Assembly (NCBI RefSeq): GCF_018350175.1
Contig: NC_058375.1
Location: 434,001 to 498,000, forward strand
Direction: 5' to 3'
Length of the DNA: 64,000 nt
From: Felis catus
Lineage: Eukaryota
Shown here one piece after another: positions 22,921-36,200 of this stretch. Every line of letters begins with the position of its first letter. The first letter of the stretch is position 1. Below the pieces are notes generated by a model. That model did not search any database. It saw nothing but the letters and a program-made list of their open reading frames with translations, and had not been told where the DNA came from. A program made the position numbers and the translations under genes.

Positions 22921-25900
22921 AGAGCCACTCCCCTGCCCGTGGCTCATCTGGGAGTCGTGTTCAGGGCTTCCTTCCCCTGCACATCCGGGAGTGGTCCTCA
23001 ACACACGCATAGAGCCCCCCCCCCCCGGGAACCCCAAGCCTCAGGATGCTGCTCAGACTCCACCCCCGGAAGTGGCCAAGTCCCAGCCTCCCTGGACTCT
23101 AGGCCCGGCTCTAGCATTTAGCCCTTGTGTGACCCAATGCCCTGGGGCAGTTTCCTCATTCAAATGGCCCTGTGAGGCTGAGGTCAGCAGTGGACAGAAT
23201 TTGATGGGGGCACGGGCTGGCCTCTGGGCGCCAAGCCGGGTGGTGGGAGTTGTCACCCTCTGGCCCCCACCTGAGGCCAACTCCACACCCAGGTCTGGAC
23301 TCCTTGGCCCCATCCCAGGGGCCATAGCTCAAGAACCCTTTACGAGCTTTTCCCAAAACTCGGCCCCCGAGAGGAATGTTCCCTCCCACCCCTGTCCACC
23401 TGGGTTCCAGAGACCTTCCTCAGCAAGCTCAGCTGACCATAGCCAGGCCAGGGAACAGGCCTCGCTCTCAGCCTGTCACCCTCACCAGTCTGCACGCTCC
23501 TCGTGGACAGCGGGGAGTACAGCCATTCCCAGCTCAGGGCCCCTGCACATACGCACGCTGTCTCCTGTGCATCTGCTGTGAACGGGCCACAACCAGCCCT
23601 CCCAGGACCCAGCATCCAGCCTCAGCATCCTCCCCGGGGGCCTGAGCCTGCCTCAGGCTCCTTCCTTGGCCCACCGTGTAGGCAGGAACACCCAGGCAAG
23701 AAGACACCGGCCGTGCCCCAGGCACGGAGCAGCAGAGTGGCAAGGCACAAGGGATGAGTTCAGAGATGCCTCCACATTGGGCCCAAGAGGCAGGGCCCCG
23801 GCGAGGGCCTAAGAACACCGCCAGTAGCTCTGGCCCTGGCTGGGGCCGCCTCTGGCCAGAACCCAAGCCCTAGGCAGTGCTGGGAGAGGCTGGAGTGAGG
23901 GACAGGAGGGGTATTCTGCCACGCCCATCTGCCTCTGCCCTTCTGCAGGGTGGAGGTGCCCGGGGCCAGCAGGGAGGAGTTGCACATCCCGCAGGCTGGG
24001 GGCGGGGTGGAGGCCCCACGGGGAAGAGGGAAGGGGCAGAGTCTCTTATAGTCTGGGAGGAACTGCAAAGATAAAAATAAAATCACCAAAATTGCCTCCT
24101 GAGGCCGCGGTGGGGGCCCAAAGAGATCCGAGCCACGGGCAGGAGGGGTTGTGCACATGTGCCGCCCAGGCAGTGGCAGGGAGAGAAGGGAGCAGGGGCT
24201 GGGGGCGGGGCTCACGAGGGAACCCAAAGGCATGAGCGACACCTGGAGCGGAGGTCTCAACCACAGTCCCACTGATGTTTTACTCTCCAGCAGGGGCTGC
24301 CCCATGCGCTCACTTAACAGCTTTCCCGGCCCCTGCCCCCTGCTGGCAGTACCCCACGCATCGGGACAACCAGGTGTGGCCAGGTGCCCTACCTCCAGGG
24401 GACCCCCCCCCCCAGCTGGCACCCACCGCAGGTGGAAGAGGTAGGAGCAGGTGCCCCGGGTGCCGGGGCCCTGTGGTGCTCTGCCAGCTGCCGGCCTCCA
24501 GGAGCCTGGGTCTGTGGCTTCCTGCACGGGCCAGCCAGTCACACCTCCTGGAACCACTGCCCAGCCAAGCTCCTGACAGGGGCTTTGTCTCCAGATGGCA
24601 GATCAACTTAGTATCCCGGTGCCTCTCTCACCGGCCGGGGAGGAGGGGAGTAAACCGCAGGGCAGCTACCGCGACTGGGCGGCCCAAGTTCCGTGAGCAC
24701 AGCAGCTGCTTGGCAGCCATGGGCACGGGCCAAGGGCACCACTGGCAAGCAGAGGTCCTGCTGGGAGACTGGGCGGATTGGAGCCCAGACTTGGCACTAA
24801 CAGGGCACGGCCCCCTCCACCCCAGAAGGCTCCACCGCCGCGTCCTGGCACCTCTGACTGCCCCCACACCCCCAACATGGGGAAACCGAGACCCAGGAAG
24901 GATGCCTGTGATCCTAACTGGGAGCCTTTCAGGGCCCCCCTGGGCCCTCTCAGGTGACTGGGCCGGGAGGGTGCTCTGGCTGCCCTGGTCTCAGCCCCGA
25001 CCCCTGGGGGCTGCCAGGAGCCCGAATGCGGAAGCAGGCCTGTACCCTCAATTGTGTAAGGTCCCCTCCAGATCACGGCCAGCTTCACCCTTCTCATCAC
25101 CCACAATACACAGCAGTTCCGCGAGCCGTCTCCCCTGACGGACAGGGACCCGGACAGGCCCAGCTGTTACCTGGCTGGCTGGCTGGCACGCACAGGGCAG
25201 GGGCCCACCTGGCTCGCTGAGACAACGTGGGGTGAGAAACACAATGCGGTCTGTTCCATCCCAGAGAAACTGCCGGGTAACCCACGCTCAAGCCCTCCCC
25301 GAGAGGTGCGTAATTTGCTGAGAACTCAAGCCCGGCCCCAGACACGTTTCTGGAACAAGGCGAGGAGTCCCTACAGCCCCGGTGAGAAGTGGTGTCGCCC
25401 TCCACGGGGTGGTGGGGATGGGGGGAGGACACCAGCCACCAGGGAGCGGGGCAGATGCTGAGAACCAGCCTCACCCGCATCCATTCCATGGCACTCCGGC
25501 CGGGCCCCCCTGCCCGCAGCCCAGCCCTCGCCAAGCCTGGACGCAGGGGCCCACAGGCTGCTCCGGCTCCCCCCCCACCCGCTGTCGGAGATCATATGAC
25601 CCTCCGCACCCAGGAGGAACCTGCAACCACTGGGGGCCACCGGCTCACGCTAACAGCGCCCTGTCCTCAGTGAGCCCCAACCCTCGGCCTGCCAGAGCAC
25701 CTGCCTCCAACCATCCTTTCTTCATCAGCCCCCGCTCAGGGTCCCGTGAGGTGCAGAGCCACGGATCCCAAAGGAGACGAGGGGTCCCCAGCCCCAGCTG
25801 AGCAGGACAGCTCGGAGAGCCACTTGAGGCCCAGGCCTGTGGGACCTGCAGGGGACCAAGCTCCATCTCTGCGGACGCGGCCTGGCCCCCTCTCCAGTCT

Positions 25901-26290
25901 TCCCAGTGAGGCCCTCCCTGCCCCGCCTTACAACCCAACCACACCCCCCTCCGTCTGGACACTCCCCACCCCCCAGCATTGTCCCTTGGTACTCTTGCCA
26001 TCGGTGTGTCCAGTAAGAGTCGGCCTCCCCCACTGAAACAGCCTTAAGGGCGGGGCTGGGCCTCTGCTTACAGCTGTTCTGGCCGCAACCGTTCCTAGGC
26101 AGGGGAGGCTGTCATTCCTGCAGGCTTGGCACCAGGAAGGGCCCTCGCCGGGAAGGGACCACCAGTCTGCACCCTGGGGCCCTTGTGCCTCCTAGAAAAC
26201 CAGAGGCTGGCACCAGCCTCGAACCTAAGACAGGTCACACTAGGCAGAAGAGGGTCCAGGGCAGTCGGGGACAGCTGCGTTCTCTGAACG

Positions 26291-26296
26291 TTTATT
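26291..26296 (-). terminator. AURKAIP1 polyadenylation signal
   Basis: AATAAA 45 nt after the stop codon, implying a very short 3' UTR. Confidence 0.8.
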
Positions 26297-26341
26297 ACAA
26301 TGGGTCGTCAGCGGTAACGGGTGGGGGGAGGAGCACTAGAG

Positions 26342-27365
<1,024 letters not shown>

Positions 27366-27429
27366 GGTCTGTGAGTGGTGGCGGCCCCAGGTGCTCAGGG
27401 TGGCTGGAATATAGGTAGGTGAGCGTGGA

Positions 27430-28430
27430 GGTCACGCGGGAGTGGCGGGGAGGCGCCGGCAGCGGCCCCGGTCAGACCAGGCCTCCCGGCACCCTCATCA
27501 CCCTCTCCCACGATGAGGATGCCACTTCAAACAGGGCTCACTCCCTCAAACAGCCAGCCTGGGGCACAAACCCCGCTCCGCAGCTGCGCGACTCTGGGCA
27601 GTCACAGACTCTCCCCGAGCCTCCGCTTCACCCCAGGGACCCACCAAGGGGGCGGAGTCGACGCTCGGAGGCACGGAAGCCGCGCGTCCCAGGCCCCGAG
27701 GCGGCGGTCCCCGTCCGGCCCCAGCCTCACCCGACCGCGACCCCCCGCAGCCGAGGGCTCGCGCCGAGCCTCCCCACACCTAACCCGGGTGGACTGAAAC
27801 TGACCACTCTGCCGCCGAGTTTGGGCACTTCCGGTCCGTCCCTAAACTGGCCCCCAGCCCCGCATGCAGCCGCCAGGCCGTACCCACTCCCAGCGCCCCC
27901 TGGCGGTGTCACGGCGTCCCGCTCCGCGTCGGCCCAGGTCCGGCCGGGCCCAGAAGGCAGCGGTTTCCGGCCAGAGGAGCGGCCTGCCCCGCCCACAGCC
28001 CGCAGGCTCCGCCCCTCTCTGACGTTGGCGAAAAACCACATTTCCCACAATCCCAAGGGATGCCCTGTGCGCCGGCTTGGCCCGACCTCGCTTTAGTTCC
28101 GGATTTACTTCCGCTTTACTTCCGGATGAGCCGGCGGCCCGGCATCGAGGGCGGGCGGAAGTGGCGTTGGCCCGGCGGCGGAAAGAGTTCTCTGGACGAC
28201 GGAAGTGACCCACTGGGGTTGTAAGCGAAGGGCCCCGGCCCCTCCTCCGTGGCCTGGGGAGTGGTCTCGCAGGGGGAGAGGGCGCCGTGCCGGGTGCTGG
28301 GGCAGAGCTTAGGCAGAGCCGGGGCGCCTGGTCCGCCAGGGCTCCCGCGGGGCTGCGGGCCCAGCAGCCTCCTCTGCCCACGAAACTGGATCAGTGAAGG
28401 CGGCCGTGCCTCTAACGCGGGAGAGCACGA
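27430..28430 (-). promoter_or_regulatory. AURKAIP1 CpG-island promoter with ETS/GABP cluster and ZNF143-like motif
   Basis: CCGGAA/CGGAAGT cores at 27827, 28097, 28107, 28118, 28156 and 28200; ACCACATTTCCCACAATCCC at 28035-28054. Confidence 0.8.
27891..27906 (-). promoter_or_regulatory. CTCF consensus motif
   Basis: Reverse complement is CCGCCAGGGGGCGCTG, a close match to the CTCF core. Confidence 0.55.
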
Positions 28431-29584
28431 CGCCTTTTGCTTAGGGGGATACGTATTTTTTCCTTTTTGAAAGCCGACTGCCTTCCTGTGCCGTGGGAAG
28501 AAAAATTAGAAACTTTAGTTCTTGCGGAAAACCGAAAGCGGCCTCCGTGGATTGGGTTCCGCCGCGCCTCGGGGTAGGAGGCTGCCGGGGTTCTGCTGTT
28601 CTCACTGAGGTTGGCAAGGATGGACAGGATCCCCATAGTGAACCTTCAGGGGGCCAGGTAGGAGAGGGGCACGGGGAGGGGGGGTGGCCCTCGGAGTCCC
28701 TGGATCTGCTCCGAAGTTTGCCCCTGCAGGAGGAGCTCCCAGCGGGTCTCTGCAGGAAGCGGCCAGGCCGGGTCATCCCCCTGCCCCAACCTGGCGAAGC
28801 ACTGAGTGGAGGAGAGGCCAGCGGATGGCAGAAACAGGCCCAGTTCCGTGACAGCGGCGGCCAGAGGTTCCCAAGTAGGAAGGTCTATTGACATGCCCCC
28901 ATGCACCCGCAGTGTGCCTCACCCCAGCTGCACAGCCTCCTCAGGCATTCACGATTTGGTCATCAGGGCGAGGCTCCGGGACCCTAGGTGCTGACCCTGC
29001 CACCTCCACAGCTCCTGGACTTGCCTGACTTGCGGGCACCTTTCTCCAGGGCCAGTGACACTAGGATGGCCATGTCCAGTTGCCTCACACCCACCTGGAG
29101 GTCCTGGTTTGGGAAGATGCTGGGCCTAAGACAAGCCCCCAACAGCCCTCCCCATCCTTACAGCTCAGACAGGACTGGGAAACAACCCCAAGACCTTCCC
29201 TGCTCACCAAACCCCTGTTCTGCGGGACACCCCCCAGGTCTGATGCTCCAAGTGCCTGCCTGGTTGCCACCAGCCTGACGCAGACATGCTGACCCTCCAG
29301 AGCAAGAGGACTCCAGAAGCATTTTGTTCTTTTCCAACCTTCCCTTTTTGGCCCCCAAGGAAGCGGCCTTTGTCAGAGCAGAGATGGCTCAGGTTCATGA
29401 CCAGCCTTCCAGGGAAGACCAGCTGCACAGGAGCTCAACACGAAATGCAACACCGGAATGAGATCAGAGCCGGCAGCACAGACACACCACGAGGACGGTG
29501 CCGCAGGCTGTGCACGGGGACAAGCAAGCAGAATGACAAACTACACGTTCTTCAGCGTCCAAATGTCCTGAGTAGAGAGAATTG

Positions 29585-29590
29585 TTTATT
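29585..29590 (-). terminator. CCNL2 distal polyadenylation signal (a second AATAAA lies at 29799-29804)
   Basis: AATAAA at the end of the AT-rich 3' UTR segment. Confidence 0.7.
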
Positions 29591-30229
29591 TAACCACGTA
29601 AAATGCATATATAGGAAACTTCTCTATTTAGGAGCTGGTGGCCTGCACTCAGCATCGCACAGATAAAAATATACGACTTTCAACACAGATCTAAATACCT
29701 TCACATTTTAAAAATCCGAATTCTCTACACAAGTTTTAAGCTGACGGAATTCAAGTTCTGAGTTTTCATATATAGCTTTAACTTGTATTAAACACATGTT
29801 TATTTACAAGGTGGATAGAGAATAAGGGGCTATTAAGGCCATTTTCTCATTGTGAAACGCTGCAAAATATGTACATAAGTACAACCTAATATAGGCAAAG
29901 ATTCTAATAGTCATTTTCTTGGTTTAACGTAATTCAGTATCGGTACGGGAGTAAAGACACAGCCTGTCGTTAGCACCAAGCCACACCACCAGGACGTCCA
30001 CATCCAGCGGCCACGGGGCTGCTGCTGAGGTGGGCCCTGTGCCGGCACAGCTGTGCGCCGTGCCCAGGCCGGCCTAAAGGGCACCTCGCCGGCCTCTGGA
30101 TTCCATCTCCAAACTCATCACAAGGTCCAGAGTCAACAGCCGCTTCCAAAAAGAGTCTCACCACAGGGCCAGTCACACCGGGGTGTGCACACCAAGGGTC
30201 AAAGGGCAGCGCTCTGGGAGCCCCACGCC

Positions 30230-33200
30230 TCACCTCCGATGCCTGCTGTGCCCAGGGTGATCCCGCTCGTAGCGATGGCCTGTTCGCTCGTAAGACCGAG
30301 AACGCTCCCTTCGCTGATCTCTATAGTAATGACTTTTCTTCTTGTATTTCCCAGAATTATCTGGCCGCTCCCGTGAGCGGCTTCGAGAGCGAGAGGAGCT
30401 CCGGCTCCGGGACTTGTGTGGCTTCTGGGCGGGGTACTTGCAGTCCTTAGACTTCCGATAGCTCCTTACCTTGGAGCCTTTGTAGGGAGCACCTCTGTGC
30501 GCCTGTCTCGGTGGGGAGTCACTCCTGCTCCGTGAGCGGCTCTGCGACTTGGACCCGCCAGACGTGGAGCCACTGTCACTTTTCCTGTTAGGAAGGACAC
30601 CACCACCAAGCAGATGACCACTTGCCCCAACCACCTCAGGGTCAGGAGTGACTTTCCCGAGGGGCAGCCACGCCCCCTCTAGCCACCCTAGGGAAAAGAC
30701 CCCCCCTTGCCAGGTGCAGGTCCCGGATGGGCCCTGCGCAGCACATACCTCCTCTTAGGAGAAGCAGATCGTGACGGGGACCTCGAGTAGCTCTGCTCAC
30801 GACTCCCGCTCCGGCTTCGGCTCCCTCGCCCCTTTGGCAAGCTGAGGACACAGGGAGAGCAGTTACAGACCTGAAGTCCTTCCGGCCGACCCCAACAGCC
30901 TGCTGGGTACTCACCCGTTCACCGGGCTGTCAGCCTTGGCTTTCTTCATGCCCTCCATCTTCCTCTTGGCGTTCTTCACAGACAGGGGGGAAGGCTTGTT
31001 TCCTTTACCTTCTTTGGGGGATTCTGCTACAAAGAATCAAGAAGTTTCTTATCAGAGAGGGGCACCTGGGGAGCTCGATCGGTTAAGCGTCAGACTTCGG
31101 CTCAGGTCGTGATCTCGTGCTTCAGGAGTTCCAGCCCAGCGTCGGGCTCTGTGACGTCAACTTGGAGCCTGGATCCTGCTTCGGATTCTGTCTCCCTCTC
31201 TCTCTGCCCCGCCCCCACTCACTCTCAAAAATAAACATAAAAAAAAATTTAAGGGGCACCCGGGTGCCTCAGTCAGTTAAGAGTCCGACTGGTTCAGGTC
31301 ATGATCTCACACGTCATGAGTTCGAGCCCCACGTCAGCCTCTGTACTGACAGCTCGGAGTCTGGAGCCTGGAGCCTGCTTCGGGTCCTCCGTCCCCCTGT
31401 CTCACTGCCCCTCCCCCATGCTTGTGTGTCTCTGTGCCCCTCTCTCAAAAAATAAACTTAAAAACAAAGTTTCTTATCAGAAAACCGTTCTAACAAGAAG
31501 CACACTAGCAGAGCAAGACAACACCACTTCTGTGGGACTTGGGGAGACTCCCCGTTCCCGGCCTGGGACTCAGAACCTAAACGCACCTGAAAGATACAGA
31601 AAGGCCACCTGTCTCACTTGACTTCCCTCAGGGACTAGGGATGTGCAGCATGCTTAACTCTAGGCCCCGACAACAGAATCTGCTGCTCCAGATATATGCT
31701 GTTTTCATCAAGAGAGTAGCTAACTAGGTGGGCTGGATAAACAAATGCATTTTGGAAAGCCTGCCCCACGTCTCTTGCTAATAAAAACGTAAGGAAGGAA
31801 GGCGCCTGGCTGGCTTAGTTGGTGGAACGTGCAGCTCTTGATCTCGGGGTTTCAATTTCAAATTCCACGTCGGGTGTAGAGATTACTTCAAAATAAAATC
31901 TTAGGGGCACCCGGATGCCTCAGCTGGTTAAGCATCTGACTCTTGATTTTGGCTCAGATTATGATCTCACAGTTTGTGAGTTTGAGCCCCACATCGGACT
32001 CTGCAGTGACAGCCCAGTCTGCCTGGGATTCTCTCTGCCTCTCCCCAGCTCACACACACGAACTCTCAAAATGTATCAATAAACATTTCAAAATCAATTA
32101 GGGGTGCCTGAGTGGCTCAATCGGTCGAGCGTCCAGCTTCGGCTCAGGTCATGAGTTTGAGCCCCACATCGGGCTCTGTGCTGACAGCTCGGAGTCGGGA
32201 GCCTGCTTTGGATGTTATGTCTCCCTCTCTCTCTCTGCCCCTTCCCTGCTCACGCTCTCTCTCACTCTCAAAAAATAATAAACATTTTAAAAAATACTAA
32301 AAATAAAAAGTAAACATTAAAAAATTACTTTTAATAAAACAAATTAAATCTTAAAAAGAAGACATACAAGCAACGAAAACTCCTTTAGGAGCACCCCTCT
32401 CATTTCAAAGATCACCAAACATCTGCTGGGGACCCTGGTGCCTACAGACTGCTCAAGCCAGCAGCAGACACAGTTCTAAGAAATCTGGAGGAAAGGAGGG
32501 CCACACACCCCAACACTCACCCAGCTTGGGGGCAGGTGAGAACCCTGAAGTGCTGTCCAGGACCTGGGTGCCAGCAGGCAGCAAGCCCTTGGCCTGTGCC
32601 TTGGCCTCTTCGATGGCGTGCCTTCTCTTCTCCACTTCGCTTTCAAGGTGTGTCAGATCAACCTATGAGAGTCAAACTCCATTTACTCAGAACCAGATAC
32701 CTCTAGTCAAACACAAATGCGTATGTTACATGGAAAAATATAGAACCTTTTTCCGGGTATAAAGCTGCAGGATTTTTAAGCAGATTTCTTGAATTTCTTC
32801 TTCAGTTGCTCCAAACAAAAGAAACCAATGGGGACGATTGGGCAAAGGGATCTGTAAACACGAATAGCATCACTGTCAATACTTTTCTTCATGGCCAATC
32901 AGATTCTTAGGGCAAGAAAATACAAGCCTGCCAGTCACCGAGACATGCTTTCTATTGGCACTGATGAGCATAATCTGAAGGACGCTACATAGAAGTTTCC
33001 TGGAGACTGGAGAAAGAATCACACGGGGATCCCCTGTGGTGGTACAACACTGACCTCCAGTGTCCGGGCAGCAAGATAAATGCAGGCGCAGGCGATGCTC
33101 TCAGGCTGGAACCTCACGAAGACGTCTGTGCGAAGGCTGTCGTTCATGTAATTCCTGAAAACCAAAGGCAGGAGGAACTGCAACGCCCCGGGCACCCCCA

Positions 33201-36200
33201 GGATACCCGTGTGCGCCGTCTACACAAGATCACTACTCTACGCAGTCTACTCCTAGGCTTAGAGCTACACAGTCCTGTGAGGCTCAGGATTCCTGGAGAG
33301 ACATTCTAGCTGGGTTTTGTTGAGTACAGGATGGGAAAACAGGGAAATTACTGGAAAAAAATCTAAAACGCTGGCTGAATGTCAGACAACACGTGTTGCT
33401 ATGAAAGAGAACCGACTTTAACTTTACTTTTCCCTCAACTTCTGGCTGCTCTCGTGCAAAGCACAATGCCTCAGAGAAAAAAGGTCTACCGTAGTGGTTG
33501 AAATGTACTTGATGAAAGAAATCTAAATGCTCAAAATCCATAGTGCAGAGAAACATGCAAACTCAAATGAATGGGCTGAGCAGGCAGCCTGCGAGGGCTC
33601 TTCGGAGACAAGCCGTCCTCTCGTGTCCCTTGTCCTTGAAGAGGCGCTCAGGGTCTGGCCCTTCTCGTTCCGTGACGGAGTCCACTTGGAAAGGGAAAAC
33701 ACCCTTGGGTGCATGGGAACATCATGCAGAGGAAGACTCAATGCCCAAAGGGAAGTCCTCTTCTCAGGCTTATCAAAGAACCGTTTCCAAATTGTCCCAT
33801 TTCAATAAGGAGTCTTAAAATGAACATTCATAAAATCAGACAAAAGCAACAAAACACTACAAGTTTCATCATAATCAATACATTTAAAAAACACTGTACT
33901 TTAGAAGATATAAAAATACAAAACATTTGCATTTTTAATAAGCTTAAGGGTTTTAAAATTGGCTACATTTCAACATTTTCTTTTAGATCTGTTTCTCTAA
34001 AATAGACCAAAATCAGATCTCATATTAATTTCATCAATACTGCAAAAACGACAGATGAATCCCAAGAGAAGACAGTCAACTAGATCATACATTTACTGCT
34101 CCTAACGTATCCCGCTACGGCGAGCCTTAAGATCAGGCCACACCCACAGGGGAGCCAAGTCAGGCTGCCGGATTTGACTGATACCCCCACCCCCCCACCC
34201 CCCAATATCTCTGCCCTAAACCCTGGCGAAGGGGACACACAGACCCGCTCCCGTTTTCTCAGTGATACAGTCAACAAACGCCAGCTAGTGGCCCCTGGCT
34301 CTGGAAGCCCTTGCTCCAGGCACCAAGAGGTAATGGAGGAAAAACCCATGTGATGGCACCAAGGCCGTAGGTCTCAGAGCAATTCAACTGAACAGTTCAA
34401 ACACTTCATCAACATAACCATCAGTAGCTTTTTTGGTTCTAATAAATGTTCAGTACTCAAACAGTCAGAACATTAATCTACTAACTTTTAAATCCTAAAA
34501 ACAAAACAAATGAAGTCCCTGAAACGTGTATTTTAACTTATTGTACATCTAAGTTACAATATAAAAAGTGTCCATGAAATAATGTAAAGATGCACACCTT
34601 TTACTAAAACGTGTCAATACTCAGCTGCTGAAAAGAGCAACTTTAGGACTTCCAGGAATAATGACATAATCCCACTCTGAAGTCTGAATTCCCATCAGCC
34701 AATTCTTACGGCTTTCCGTAGAAACAATTTTTAAGAGAAAGGTACTGCATCTTTATTGCACAAGAACAGCAGTTTTAAAGGGACAAAATTCAAGTCAAGA
34801 CAGTTAACTCTAATCGATACAATTACCAAAGCACGACAGAGGATTACAAGAAGCACAACCGGCAGAGAACCACAGCAGCAGTCGGCCAGCACTATACTAT
34901 CGAGAGCATACCACCGTCTAGAGCCGGCCTTCGGCGGAGAGCCTGCACTGGANNNNNNNNNNNNNNNNNNNNNNNNNNNNNNNNNNNNNNNNNNNNNNNN
35001 NNNNNNNNNNNNNNNNNNNNNNNNNNNNNNNNNNNNNNNNNNNNNNNNNNNNNNNNNNNNNNNNNNNNNNNNNNNNNNNNNNNNTAGAGATGGCATAGCA
35101 CCAGACAATTCAGGCAGCAAAAATATGACCCTTACAGACTTAACTCGGTGGAAAAAATTCACAAAGCACCCAGCACTGACTGTTACCCTGGGCTTCATTT
35201 CTAGCACATACGCATCGTTAAAACCGGTCCCCCGAAAAACTTTATCCTAACCCTCTCTCTCCCCGTAAGATCCTCTCTAACGAGAGGCAGTTGGAAGCAA
35301 TTTCACAGGAGATACAGGACCACTACATCGACGTTGGCACCGACGTGGGAAAGATCGCGACGTGCCAAGTCAACCGCCCCCAAAGGGAAGCCCAGTAAGT
35401 GCTGTCCCGGAGGGTCGGGGGAGGGTATGGGCCACCTTACCGTTACACCAGTGCCTGATATATTGGGGAGGCTGACTGGAATTTACACAGCAGGAACACT
35501 GGGCACTCAGACAACTCCAGCCCACAATCAAGTCATGGGACCGACTACCCACTGCCCAAGTGCCTCNNNNNNNNNNNNNNNNNNNNNNNNNNNNNNNNNN
35601 NNNNNNNNNNNNNNNNNNNNNNNNNNNNNNNNNNNNNNNNNNNNNNNNNNNNNNNNNNNNNNNNNNNNNNNNNNNNNNNNNNNNNNNNNNNNNNNNNNNN
35701 NNNNNNNNNNNNNNTATTACCAAGAACGCTGAGAAGCCAGAATCCAGATCTTGAGAGCGTCCATGCAGCAAACATGAGCCTCATGCTAGATCCCAGGGGT
35801 GGCTCCTGGTCAAATGCCCGGTGCACAGTTTGGCTGGAGGGGAGTTTTTGCTGACAGGCCCCGCTACCTGCTGTCGAACCCAGGCAGCACAAAAGCACGT
35901 GAGGACCAGGCTGCTCCCACAGCAGAGGCGGCCTCATTTTTCATGGCCATCACAAGGCTGATTCTCATTCTCATCTTCGACATAGTTTCCACCAGTGAGA
36001 TCAGCTTGTCCTAAACATCTCTGCACCCTAGTCACCAACTTACACAAAACACGGTGTGAAAAAAAAGTTCTAAAAACTACGGTAACTTATCAAGAATTTG
36101 AATGAATGCCAGAAAGTCAAACAAGCAAGAGAGAGAAGATACGAAGACATGCACCAAAAAAAAAGGAAATATAAAAGCAAAGATGCAAATTGCAGTCTTT

